The translations under genes and the position numbers were made by a program. A stretch of 64,000 nt of DNA from Verrucomicrobiota bacterium (lineage in GTDB: Bacteria > Verrucomicrobiota > Verrucomicrobiia > Limisphaerales > JANNEF01), in the NCBI GenBank assembly GCA_031378375.1, contig JANNEF010000342.1, forward strand, positions 4,156-68,155, in the 5' to 3' direction. The first letter of the stretch is position 1. Each line of letters starts with the position of its first letter. The notes below the pieces were generated by a model. That model searched no databases. It was not told where the DNA came from and worked only from the letters and a program-made list of their open reading frames with translations. This document shows positions 27,479 through 36,560 of this stretch, piece after piece.

Positions 27479-30055
27479 CTACGGGCCGCAGAACCCGGAC
27501 TTGCGCAGTTGAAAAAACTCGCGCGCCTGACCAAACGGTAATCGCACCTGGCGCCACTCGTTGCTCGTGACCACCGGACCCCCATGCCGCATCCAACCAA
27601 CCGTCGGTGGCAGTTCGTCGGCATAATGGAGCGTCCACCCGCTGTAGCCGGCGGACCAGACGAGCAGCCAGTCCGCGCCGGAAGGTTGCACCGCCAATAG
27701 CGGGAGGAGACCTTGAGGGTCTTCGCTCACCGCCGTCAGTTCGAGGTCCAGACTCAAGTCCGTGCTGTTGGTGCGGAACTGGTGGATTTCCACGGCGAGC
27801 ACATTCGTTCCCGTCAGCAGGCCGAGCGGTGGCGTGCGGCGTTTGAAGAAGGTCGGTTCTTCGACGCTGGTGACGTCCACGAGCGCGGTGTTCGTCGGTT
27901 GAATCGCCCCAGCTGGCAAGTTCTCGCGGAAAAGTTCCTGCCCATTGAGATACACGACCGCGCCATCGTCACGGCGCAGGCGGAACACGAGATGATTTAC
28001 CACGGTCGCATCCTCCACCGTAAACGGCCGCCGGAACCACGTCGTCAGATGGCGATTGTTGGGGTCCGGCCCGTGGCTGACGATGGTGGCTTCGCCGCCA
28101 ACGCCGTAGCCGAGCCGCGACCGGCCGGTCTTCCATGTGCTGTCATCGAAGTTTGCCGTCGTCCAGTTGGCGGCAGGCGCGACACCGTTATCCAGAAATT
28201 TCCAAACCGATCCGGTCGCGACGAGCGTGTAACTGTTCAACGCGTCCGACATCGCCGTGAAGTCCAGGCCGCTCGCGCCGGGGCCGAACGTGACCGGGTT
28301 TTCAAACCCCGCGTTGAGCACGTTGAAACCTTCGTAAACCGCTGTCATCGTCTGCCGGCCTGCTGCCACGCGGCTGACGCGATACGTGCCGTCGCTGTCC
28401 GAGTAACTGAAACGGCCGGGGCCCGCCTTCACCAGTACGCCCTCGACCGGCGTGCCGGCGCGCAACACGCGACCGGCGGCGAGAAAGGTCGTGACCGTAC
28501 CGACGCGCAGGACAACCGAGGCGCTTGCGGTGCCGCCCTTCATGTCGGTGACGGTGCAACGCGCGACGTACTCGCCGGCCGTGTTCCACACGTTCGCCAC
28601 CATGGGCGCGTTGGTGCCGAAGCTGAGGTCGCCGAAATCCCAGTAGTAGGCCAGCGCGTCGCCGTTGGCATCCAACGCGGTGGCCTGCAATATCACCGTC
28701 GCCCCCACTGCGACCGTCGTTGCGCTGGCAGAAATGGCGACGATGGGCGCGACGTTGCCGGGAAAGGGGCCGCGGTTTACGGCCACGTCAAGTGTCTCAG
28801 GCGTCGTGCCGATCTTGCCCAGCGTCGTGATGTGCAGATCCAGGCAACGATCCGAAAAGGTCCGCCCGATGACCACCGCGCCGTCCGTTCGACCCGTGGG
28901 CGTGCCGGGCGTGGTGTCCAGCAGCAGCGTGTTGGTGGCGTCGTTGCCGGCCCAGCGGAGGCTGGCGCCGTTGGTGACCCAACGGTTGGGCGCGTTCGTG
29001 AAGAACTGGCGAAATTCGACCCAATAATTCTGTGCCGAGGTCCGCGCAATTCGCAACGCGCGCGGGCCGCCTGCCGCCGGATGGTCATGCGCGGCGATGC
29101 GATACACGCCGTTGCTTGTCACCCACGGCGCATCCGCGTCGGGAATCCAGCCGAGCAACTGTTTGAAGCGCGCGTTGAAATGGCTGGTGCTGCCGCCCGG
29201 CACGCCCATCGAGTCGAACGGGTCGCCGTATTCGTCCTGGCTGCCCGGCCCGATGCTGCTCTGGTCGCCAGTGGCCCAGAAACTCGCATGGGGCAATCCG
29301 AAGTTGTGTCCCAACTCGTGCCCGATGACGCCGACATTGAAATTGCTGTTGGCCACCCACACGCCGGGACCGCCCACGTAGGCGATGCCGCCAAACACCG
29401 ACGTCGGCCGCGCGGTGGTGAGCACCAGATCGAGGTCGAAGTTGCCGACCGGGTAGCCAGCGACTCTGGCGGTCTGGCGGCAATCCTCGATGAGCTTTTC
29501 AAAATTGTCGTTGTATGCGCCCGATGGTTCCGGCAACCGCAACAACTCGGTCACCGTCGAACCCGCGCCCGCCAGTGCGAGGGGCATCTGCCCGTAGGAC
29601 ATGTCGCGATAGAAATTGTTCAGGCCACTGATCAAATCAGCGGCGGCGTTGGATGACAGCGGCGCGTTGGTGAAATCGGCGAAATCAACGCGATAAAGCA
29701 GCAGACGCTTTTCACCCAGCGGCGAAGGCGGATACGGGATGCCCGCGCCCGCCAGCAGTGGCACGCTTGGCGGTGCAAAGGGCACACAAGCGCAGGTGAA
29801 CGCGGCGGCGGTGGGCGCGGCGGGCGGCGAATCAACCTCGGCGGTGAGGTTGGGCGCCAGGTTGGGCTTCGCCGCTCCCACCTGAACGCGAACCACGGCT
29901 GAAGCCGTCGCCTGTACGAGTGTCCCACCAGCGATGGGAGCAGCGACGAGGCACAGTGGCAGGCCACACGCCACACACCACACCGTGATCAGCCGGCCCA
30001 ACAGGCGGCCAAACTTCAAGGATGCACCGCAGTGGATTGGGAAGTTTAAGGACAC
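27479..30055 (-). CDS. Secreted metzincin-type zinc metalloprotease with PKD-like, carboxypeptidase-regulatory-like and C-terminal beta-sandwich modules
   Basis: 'HELGHNFGLPHA' (HExxHxxGxxH). 'YYWDFGD' PKD-like. 'GRVLRAGTPVEGVLV'. 'W.FLDNG..W....FDDS.W..LGYG..' and 'RRDDGAVVYLNGQE..EIHQ' module. GTG start at 30055 with a hydrophobic leader. Confidence 0.75.
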   Translation of the reverse strand: MSLNFPIHCGASLKFGRLLGRLITVWCVACGLPLCLVAAPIAGGTLVQATASAVVRVQVGAAKPNLAPNLTAEVDSPPAAPTAAAFTCACVPFAPPSVPLLAGAGIPYPPSPLGEKRLLLYRVDFADFTNAPLSSNAAADLISGLNNFYRDMSYGQMPLALAGAGSTVTELLRLPEPSGAYNDNFEKLIEDCRQTARVAGYPVGNFDLDLVLTTARPTSVFGGIAYVGGPGVWVANSNFNVGVIGHELGHNFGLPHASFWATGDQSSIGPGSQDEYGDPFDSMGVPGGSTSHFNARFKQLLGWIPDADAPWVTSNGVYRIAAHDHPAAGGPRALRIARTSAQNYWVEFRQFFTNAPNRWVTNGASLRWAGNDATNTLLLDTTPGTPTGRTDGAVVIGRTFSDRCLDLHITTLGKIGTTPETLDVAVNRGPFPGNVAPIVAISASATTVAVGATVILQATALDANGDALAYYWDFGDLSFGTNAPMVANVWNTAGEYVARCTVTDMKGGTASASVVLRVGTVTTFLAAGRVLRAGTPVEGVLVKAGPGRFSYSDSDGTYRVSRVAAGRQTMTAVYEGFNVLNAGFENPVTFGPGASGLDFTAMSDALNSYTLVATGSVWKFLDNGVAPAANWTTANFDDSTWKTGRSRLGYGVGGEATIVSHGPDPNNRHLTTWFRRPFTVEDATVVNHLVFRLRRDDGAVVYLNGQELFRENLPAGAIQPTNTALVDVTSVEEPTFFKRRTPPLGLLTGTNVLAVEIHQFRTNSTDLSLDLELTAVSEDPQGLLPLLAVQPSGADWLLVWSAGYSGWTLHYADELPPTVGWMRHGGPVVTSNEWRQVRLPFGQAREFFQLRKSGFCGP

Positions 30056-30153
30056 GCATCTTCATACTTTAGAAGTTCGATATTGTCAGCCCGAAATCTT
30101 CGCCAATCCAGTTCCAGCACCCGCTCGACAGTTTCGCGCCGGTTGCCTAACCT

Positions 30154-31614
30154 GTGCCCATGTCCGCGCCAGTAATCGAGCCGCTTCCGCCGCAGGTGAT
30201 CACCGAACTCCGCGCCATCGTCGGCCCGGAAGGCATCATCACCGGCGACGATGAACTGCTGGTTTACGAATGCGACGCCTACACGTTGGAGAAGCATCCA
30301 CCGGGGGTCGTGGTGCTGCCGCGCGACACCGCGCAGGTTGCCGCGGTCGTCAAACTTTGCGCGCGGCATCGCCTGCCCATCATCCCGCGCGGCGCGGGCA
30401 CAAGCTTGAGCGGCACCGTGCTGGCCGTGACCGGCGGCGTCATGGTCGCGCTGACGCGGATGAACAAAATTCTCGACGTGGATTATCGCAACCGCCGTGC
30501 GCTCGTTGAGGCCGGTTGCGTGAACGCCTGGGTGACCAACGCGGTGAAGGCCCGCGGTCTGTTCTATGCGCCTGACCCGTCCAGCCAGTCCGCCTGCACC
30601 ATCGGCGGCAATGTGGCGACCAACTCCGGCGGTCCGCACACGCTCAAATACGGCGTCACCACCAACCACATCTTGGGATTTGAGTTGGTCCTGCCCGACG
30701 GCGAGGCCGTCTGGCTCGGCACCACTCCCGAGGGCGGTGAAGACGTGGACGGCTACGATTTGCGCGGCGCGGTGATTGGCTGCGAGGGAATGTTCGGCAT
30801 CGTCACGCGCGTTCTGCTGCGGTTGGTGCGCGCACCGCAAGCCTTCAAGACATTGCTCGGTGTGTTCGAGAGCGTGGACGACGCCAGCGAGACCGTGAGC
30901 GACATCATCGCCGCCGGCATCGTGCCCGGCGCGGTGGAGATGATGGACCAGCTAATCACGCAAGCAGTGGAAGCCGCCTACCACTTCGGCTTCCCGCTGG
31001 ACGCGGGGGCGGTGCTGATCGTGGAATTGGACGGGTTATCCGCCGGACTGGAGCGTCAGGCGGAGCGCGTGATCGAACTGTGCAAAAAACATCGCGCCCG
31101 CGAAGTGCGCCTTGCCCGGACGGAACAGGAACGCGCCGACTTGTGGAAATCGCGCAAGCGGGCGTTCGGCGCGATTGGCCGGCTCAGTCCCAACTTCATC
31201 ACGCAGGACGGCGTGGTGCCGCGCTCGAAGCTGCCGGAGATGATGCGCTTCATCCGCGAGTGCAGCGAGCGGCACGGCCTGCGCATCGCCAACGTTTTTC
31301 ACGCCGGCGATGGTAATCTGCATCCGCTCATCCTCTACGATGAACGCGACGCCGACCAGGTGCGCCGTGCGGTGGCCGCCGGCGATGACATCCTGACGCG
31401 GTGCGTCGAGATGGGGGGGAGCGTGACCGGCGAGCACGGCATCGGCGTGGAGAAGATGGATTTCATGGCGAAGCAATTCTCCAAGGACGACCTCGACGCG
31501 ATGCGGGCGTTGCGCGGTGTGTTTGATCCGGAAGGCCGGTGCAACCCGCACAAGATGTTCCCCGGCTCGAAGCGGTGCGGTGATTTCGTCCTGAAGAAGC
31601 AGGCGGCGGCGTAA
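30154..31614 (+). CDS. glcD: FAD-linked oxidase, glycolate oxidase subunit GlcD-like
   Basis: FAD-binding PCMH-type N-terminus 'VVLPRDTAQVAAVVKLC..LPIIPRGAGTSLSG'. C-terminus 'SVTGEHGIGVEK', 'DP.GRCNPHK'. Confidence 0.75.
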   Translation: MPMSAPVIEPLPPQVITELRAIVGPEGIITGDDELLVYECDAYTLEKHPPGVVVLPRDTAQVAAVVKLCARHRLPIIPRGAGTSLSGTVLAVTGGVMVALTRMNKILDVDYRNRRALVEAGCVNAWVTNAVKARGLFYAPDPSSQSACTIGGNVATNSGGPHTLKYGVTTNHILGFELVLPDGEAVWLGTTPEGGEDVDGYDLRGAVIGCEGMFGIVTRVLLRLVRAPQAFKTLLGVFESVDDASETVSDIIAAGIVPGAVEMMDQLITQAVEAAYHFGFPLDAGAVLIVELDGLSAGLERQAERVIELCKKHRAREVRLARTEQERADLWKSRKRAFGAIGRLSPNFITQDGVVPRSKLPEMMRFIRECSERHGLRIANVFHAGDGNLHPLILYDERDADQVRRAVAAGDDILTRCVEMGGSVTGEHGIGVEKMDFMAKQFSKDDLDAMRALRGVFDPEGRCNPHKMFPGSKRCGDFVLKKQAAA

Positions 31615-31634
31615 AGCGGGAAGGAAACTCCCCG

Positions 31635-32975
31635 TCACCCGGCCGTGTGCTGCCAGCTTTCGCAGGAGGCTTCCAGGCAGCTCTCGATGCGGTCCATGAC
31701 GGCGGTTTCGTTGAACCGGCTCAAGACTTCCTGCTGCGCGTTGTCCGCGATCTGACAGCGCCGATCGGGTTGCGCCTGGAGTTCCTGCATCCGGCCCGCG
31801 AGCGCGGCGGCATCTCCGGCTGGGTAGGTGAGGGCATTTTCGCCGTGGCGAAAGAGTTCGCCCGCGCCGCCCATCGCCGTGCCGATGACCGGAAGGCCGC
31901 AGGCCATTGCTTCCAGCGGCGCCACGGAGAACGGCTCGTTCCATTCGCTCGTGTGCAGCAGTGCGTCGTGCTTGCGGTAGATGCCCAGCCACTCCCTGGC
32001 ACCGGTGGGCGCGCTGGCAAACTCCACTGGAAGCTTGTGCATGGAAACATAGGAGCGCAGCCCGGCGATGAAGTCCGAACTGCCGCGGCCGTGGATGCCA
32101 AGGGTCGCGGGCAGGTTGTTCGCGCGGAGAATTTCCAGCGCGCGGACGGCGGTGACCGCGCCGCTCCGTTCGTCGAGCCGGCCCACGACGAGAAACTTCT
32201 GCACGGGCGCGGACGGAGGTTTGATGTCGCCGACGAACAAGTTGGTGGGGATGCCCGGATAAATCACCTCGCCGTGGCTCACGCGGAAACCCGCGTGCTC
32301 GGTCAACGTCTTGAGCGCGTCGCTGCAAAAGTAAACCCGGTCGAAACGGAATGCGGGAACGGAGTTGGGCTGCACAGCGGCCAATGTATCGCCGTCGCCA
32401 TAAACGAGCGGCACCCGCTCGAAGCCTTTCATCATCCGAGTGGGTGCAATGTCGTCGAGTGCGTTGCGCTGGCCGGAGGTTTCCAAAAGCGTGCGGTGCG
32501 CGTTTTGCAAGGCCGGGCCGCTGGGACGGTTCCACCAGCGCAGCCACGCGTCTTCGCGCACGCCGGCGGCCAGCCAGTCATCGGCGACGTCATAGACCGT
32601 CGGGCGGCGGGACAGGCGCAGGCCGAAGATGAGCGATTTGGAAAGCCCCTTGAGGCTGAAGACGTGAATCACATCCGGCTCGAACTGCTCGATGGTCTCG
32701 CGCAACGCGAGGTGGTTCTGCATCTCCAGCCGTCGCAGTTCGCCATAACCTGTCACGGTGGGATGCTCGTACACGCCGTTGAGCAACAGCCGCCGTTCGA
32801 CTTCACCGCCGCGCTGCTCCTGCTTCGTCCCGTGGATCGAGGTAAGCACGCGGATCGTGTGGCCGCGCAGGCGCAGTCCCTCGATCAGATTCTGGCAGCG
32901 GAAATCGTAGGTGCCGGCGTGGTTGGGTGGATAGAGATTGGTAAGGGCGAGAATTTTCACGTTGCGCGCCAGCAC
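31635..32975 (-). CDS. GT-B fold glycosyltransferase (family 4-like)
   Basis: 'KILALTNLYPP' and C-terminal 'EWNEPFSVAPLEAMACGLPVIGTAMGGAGE' (E-x7-E region). The start may be GTG at 32960 (VKIL) rather than 32975. Confidence 0.8.
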   Translation of the reverse strand: MLARNVKILALTNLYPPNHAGTYDFRCQNLIEGLRLRGHTIRVLTSIHGTKQEQRGGEVERRLLLNGVYEHPTVTGYGELRRLEMQNHLALRETIEQFEPDVIHVFSLKGLSKSLIFGLRLSRRPTVYDVADDWLAAGVREDAWLRWWNRPSGPALQNAHRTLLETSGQRNALDDIAPTRMMKGFERVPLVYGDGDTLAAVQPNSVPAFRFDRVYFCSDALKTLTEHAGFRVSHGEVIYPGIPTNLFVGDIKPPSAPVQKFLVVGRLDERSGAVTAVRALEILRANNLPATLGIHGRGSSDFIAGLRSYVSMHKLPVEFASAPTGAREWLGIYRKHDALLHTSEWNEPFSVAPLEAMACGLPVIGTAMGGAGELFRHGENALTYPAGDAAALAGRMQELQAQPDRRCQIADNAQQEVLSRFNETAVMDRIESCLEASCESWQHTAG

Positions 32976-33017
32976 AGTAGGGGGCGCGGGCGGGGTGTCA
33001 ACAGCCGCCGCGGCGCG

Positions 33018-33227
33018 TCACTCCTTCACCGGCAGAACGTGGATCGCCTTGATCACCAACTGCACCGTGTCACCCACCTTGAGGCCGAGTTCCTGCACCG
33101 ACTCGGTCGTAAGCACCGAAGCCATCTGCGCGGGCGTCGTCACGTCGAATTTCACCAGCGACATGATCTGATCGCTCTGCACCGAAATGACTTTGCCCAC
33201 GATTTTATTTCTGGCTCCGTATTTCAT
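33018..33227 (-). CDS. Mop/TOBE-type molybdopterin-binding small protein
   Basis: Only the last 69 aa of track ORF 33018..33551 look real: 'MKYGARNKIVGKVISVQSDQIMSLVKFDV..GDTVQLVIKAIHV'. ATG at 33227. Confidence 0.7.
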   Translation of the reverse strand: MKYGARNKIVGKVISVQSDQIMSLVKFDVTTPAQMASVLTTESVQELGLKVGDTVQLVIKAIHVLPVKE

Positions 33228-33250
33228 AAGCTGTTCACTTTCGTTGCCGG

Positions 33251-33802
33251 CTACTTCGCGGCGAGGGCTGCCTCGATAGCGGCGGTCACTTCCGGCGCGC
33301 CCGGCGCGATGCGTGGCTCGAAGCGCTTGATGATCTTGCCGTCGGGGCCGACGAGGAACTTCCCAAAGTTCCACTTGATGTCGCCGGGAAACGGCGACGA
33401 CTCGCCGGCCAGCGCGACATACAACGGATGCCGCTTGGAGCCGTTCACGTCCAACTTGTCGAAGAGCGGGAAGCTCACACTGTACTTGGAAGAACAAAAC
33501 TCCTTGATCTCCGCGTTGCTGCCCGGTTCCTGGCCGCCGAACTGGTTGCACGGAAAACCCAGCACCGTGAAGCCCTTGCCCTTGTATTTCTGCTGCACGG
33601 CTTCAAGCGCCTTGTATTGCGGCGTCAATCCGCATTTCGAGGCAACGTTCACAATGAGCAGCACCTTGCCCTTATAGTCTTTGAGCGAAGCGTCCTTGCC
33701 ATCAATGTCCTTGATGGCAATTTCGTGAAGGGAGGCCGGGCGGCCGGGGATGGTTTGCATGAGCAACAAGGAGACAACCAGTGCGAATAGTTTCATGGAC
33801 AC
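33251..33802 (-). CDS. Glutathione peroxidase (Cys type) with signal peptide
   Basis: 'LLIVNVASKCGLTPQY', 'LGFPCNQFGGQEPG', 'WNFGKFLV'. N-terminal 'MKLFALVVSLLLMQ'. Confidence 0.9.
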   Translation of the reverse strand: MSMKLFALVVSLLLMQTIPGRPASLHEIAIKDIDGKDASLKDYKGKVLLIVNVASKCGLTPQYKALEAVQQKYKGKGFTVLGFPCNQFGGQEPGSNAEIKEFCSSKYSVSFPLFDKLDVNGSKRHPLYVALAGESSPFPGDIKWNFGKFLVGPDGKIIKRFEPRIAPGAPEVTAAIEAALAAK

Positions 33803-33946
33803 GGAGCATGATGCGCAGCCGTGGAGTTGTCAAACGTCCGTTGCCCGGCGTCCGTTGCCGCCAAACTGACGCGAAAAAAACGATTTACAATCCGGCCATA
33901 CCGCGCTTTAGTTTCCGCCCTGACGGCTGGCCCGTCAGCCTGGTTC

Positions 33947-34022
33947 GGGGTCATAGCTCAGTTGGTAGAGCGTCTCGTTCGCAATGAGAAGGTCTGGGGT
34001 TCGAATCCCCATGGCTCCACCA
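33947..34022 (+). tRNA. tRNA-Ala (anticodon CGC)
   Basis: 76-nt cloverleaf GGGGTCA/TGGCTCC acceptor stem with the G3:U70 identity pair, anticodon loop TTCGCAA, T-loop GGTTCGAATCC, encoded CCA. Confidence 0.9.
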
Positions 34023-34126
34023 GTTTTTCGCAAGCGAGGTTGCTCATCAGCGGATGACTTCCAAGACTAATCCGCCGGATCTGACATTGACTTGCGCGAG
34101 AGCAACCGGTGTCATGCGTCGCATTG

Positions 34127-35065
34127 ATGAAGTCAGAAATAACGGATAGTTCTTCACCCGCCGCCGACCAGCCGAAAACTTTTGGGGGTAGGCTGCTCGG
34201 CTCAACCCCCGTGGTCATGACGGTCGTCGCCACGTTGATGGCGGGATTGTCCAGCAGTGAAATGACCCGCGCCCAGTACGATCGTTCGCTGGCCGCGCAG
34301 CAACAGTCCAAGGTCGGCGACCAATGGAGTTTCTTTCAAGCAAAGCGGCTGCGCGGCGCCACTCTGCGCGCCAGCCTGCAATTGCTTCAGGCCACCACGG
34401 ATATCAGCCCGCTGGACGGAAACACACTGCGACAAGTCGCGGGCACAACGGTGTCCGAACCCAGTCTGGCCGCTACCATCGGCTTCCTCCTGAGTGGAGA
34501 TCTGCCGGCTTCGCCGGCCCAATCCGTAACCCCGCCGGCGATCAAGTCCTGTCTGGAAGCCATCGCCGCCGGACAAACCGAGACGGAAGTGAGCGCGCTG
34601 CTCGCCGACCTGTCGCTGGCGGCGGTGGACACCGCGATCCTCACCGCGCAGGAGGAGACGCGCGCTTTCGAAAAAACCGTCTCGCCCACCACACAACTCA
34701 TTGACGGGCTGGAAAAACAAATCATGGCGGGACTGGCCACGACAAGGGAGACGATTCGCCCGCTGGCGCGCAATTTCACGGCCGCCCGGATGCGTTACGA
34801 CGCTGCTCGTTACGACGCGGAAGCGCGTTACAACCGGACCATCGCCGAGCTTTACGAATTGAAGGTGCGCCTCAGCAACATCTCCGCTGAACGCCACCAT
34901 CTGCGCAGCCAGCGCTTCTTCTTCGGGATGTTGGGCGCGCAAGCGGCGGTCATCCTGGCAAGCTTCGCCCTCGCGGTTCAGCGCCGCAATTTGCTCTGGG
35001 GTTTCGCGGCTGGCCTCGGCCTGACGGCGGCGGGCTTTGGCGCCTACGTTTACATGTACGTCTGA
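34127..35065 (+). CDS. DUF4337-like membrane protein (extended)
   Basis: 'VVMTVVATLMAGLSS', 'GDQWSFFQAKRLRG', and C-terminal 'FFFGMLGAQAAVILASFALAVQRRNLLW' plus a final TM. Family assignment is from memory of the pattern. Confidence 0.5.
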   Translation: MKSEITDSSSPAADQPKTFGGRLLGSTPVVMTVVATLMAGLSSSEMTRAQYDRSLAAQQQSKVGDQWSFFQAKRLRGATLRASLQLLQATTDISPLDGNTLRQVAGTTVSEPSLAATIGFLLSGDLPASPAQSVTPPAIKSCLEAIAAGQTETEVSALLADLSLAAVDTAILTAQEETRAFEKTVSPTTQLIDGLEKQIMAGLATTRETIRPLARNFTAARMRYDAARYDAEARYNRTIAELYELKVRLSNISAERHHLRSQRFFFGMLGAQAAVILASFALAVQRRNLLWGFAAGLGLTAAGFGAYVYMYV

Positions 35066-35094
35066 GCCGGTCGCCGAAGTTTCGGTCGTGTTGG

Positions 35095-36555
35095 TTACGC
35101 AATTAACTTCGCCACTACTTTCCCGGCCACGTCGGTGAGCCGGAAGTCGCGGCCCTGGAAACGGTACGTCAGTTTCTCGTGGTCCAGTCCGAACAGGCGG
35201 AGCAGCGTCGCGTGGAAATCATTCACATGCACCGGGTCTTTGGCCACGTTCCAGCCTAGCTCGTCCGTCTCGCCGTAAATCTGTCCGCCCTTCACGCCGC
35301 CGCCGGCCAGCCAGCCGCTGAACGCGAACGGATGATGGTCGCGCCCGGTCACGCTCGAGAAGGCGGGGCGGTTTTCGCCCAAGGGCGTGCGGCCAAATTC
35401 GGAACAACAGACGACCAGCGTGCTGTCGAGCAGTCCGCGTTGCTTGAGGTCCTTCAATAGCGCGCCGATCGGCTGGTCCACCACGCGGCAGTTGAAAAGC
35501 AGGTCGCTGTTCAGATCGTTGTGATGATCCCACGACGCGTGATGGATGCTCACGAAGCGCACGCCCCGTTCCACCATGCGCCGCGCCAGCAGGCAGCTTC
35601 GCGCGAACGTCTTGAAACTGTCCGCTCCCCCGCCCCGCTGCGTCTTCAGCCCGCCTGCGTCGCGGTCCACGCCGTAGGCATCCAGCGTCGCCTTGGATTC
35701 ACGCGTCAAGTCCGTCAACTCCGGCGCGGCGGTTTGCATCCGCGCCGCCAGTTCATACGCGGCGATACGGCTGGCGATTTCCGGATCGCCCACGACCTTC
35801 TGCCGCATCTGGTTCAGGTCGCGCAACGCATCCAGACCGTAGTGACGCATCTCGGCGGTGACGCCCGGCGGGTTGTTCAAGTCGGGGACCGGCTCGCCCT
35901 GGTTGCGGAACACCACGCCTTGAAAGCGCGACGGCAAAAAGCCGCTGCCGAACATCGTGTTCCCGCCGCTGGGCACGCGGCCCGCCGCGAGCACGACGTA
36001 GCCGGGCAGATTTTGCGACGCGCTGCCGAGCGCGTAGTTGACCCACGCGCCGACACTGGGCCGCCCGAGTGTTTGCGTCCCGGTGTACATGAGCAACTCG
36101 CCGGGATGATGGTTGAACGCCTCCGTGTGCAGCGAGCGGACCAGCGCGATGTCATCCGCGCACGCGCCGAGGTGCGGCAACATGTCGGACATTTCCATCC
36201 CGCACTGGCCGTAGCGTTGGAACTTGTGCGGGCTGCCCAGCAGCACGGCGGAATCTTTTTGGAGGAAGGCAAAGCGCACGTTCTTTGTCAGCGACTCCGG
36301 CATCTTCTGGCCGTTCAACTCGTTCAACTTCGGCTTCGGGTCGAACAGATCGATCTGGCTCGTGCCGCCCTCCATGAAGATGAAGATGCAATGCCGGGCC
36401 TTCGCAGCGAAGTCGGGTGACGACGAGCGCGATGCGTCCGCAGCCAGAAGCCCATCGGCCTGGAGCAGTGACGCGAACGCGAGTCCGCCAACGCCGCTGG
36501 CGGCGGTGGCCAGAAAATCGCGTCGGGTCAATTGAATGATTTCGTGCGGCGACAT
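35095..36555 (-). CDS. DUF1501 (sulfatase-fold) protein with Tat signal
   Basis: 'LTRRDFLATAASG' twin-arginine leader, 'CIFIFMEGGTSQIDLFDPKP', 'CSEFGRTP', 'GRDHHP'. Confidence 0.85.
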   Translation of the reverse strand: MSPHEIIQLTRRDFLATAASGVGGLAFASLLQADGLLAADASRSSSPDFAAKARHCIFIFMEGGTSQIDLFDPKPKLNELNGQKMPESLTKNVRFAFLQKDSAVLLGSPHKFQRYGQCGMEMSDMLPHLGACADDIALVRSLHTEAFNHHPGELLMYTGTQTLGRPSVGAWVNYALGSASQNLPGYVVLAAGRVPSGGNTMFGSGFLPSRFQGVVFRNQGEPVPDLNNPPGVTAEMRHYGLDALRDLNQMRQKVVGDPEIASRIAAYELAARMQTAAPELTDLTRESKATLDAYGVDRDAGGLKTQRGGGADSFKTFARSCLLARRMVERGVRFVSIHHASWDHHNDLNSDLLFNCRVVDQPIGALLKDLKQRGLLDSTLVVCCSEFGRTPLGENRPAFSSVTGRDHHPFAFSGWLAGGGVKGGQIYGETDELGWNVAKDPVHVNDFHATLLRLFGLDHEKLTYRFQGRDFRLTDVAGKVVAKLIA

Positions 36556-36560
36556 GGCGT

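Noticed and set aside
33018-33551. 177-aa version of the Mop ORF
   Set aside because: The N-terminal 108 aa overlap the glutathione peroxidase gene on the same strand in another frame and look like GC-shadow sequence. Only the terminal 69 aa, from ATG 33227, resemble a Mop/TOBE protein.
33251-33802. Selenocysteine recoding in glutathione peroxidase
   Set aside because: The active-site residue is an ordinary Cys codon within 'VASKCGLT', and there is no in-frame TGA.
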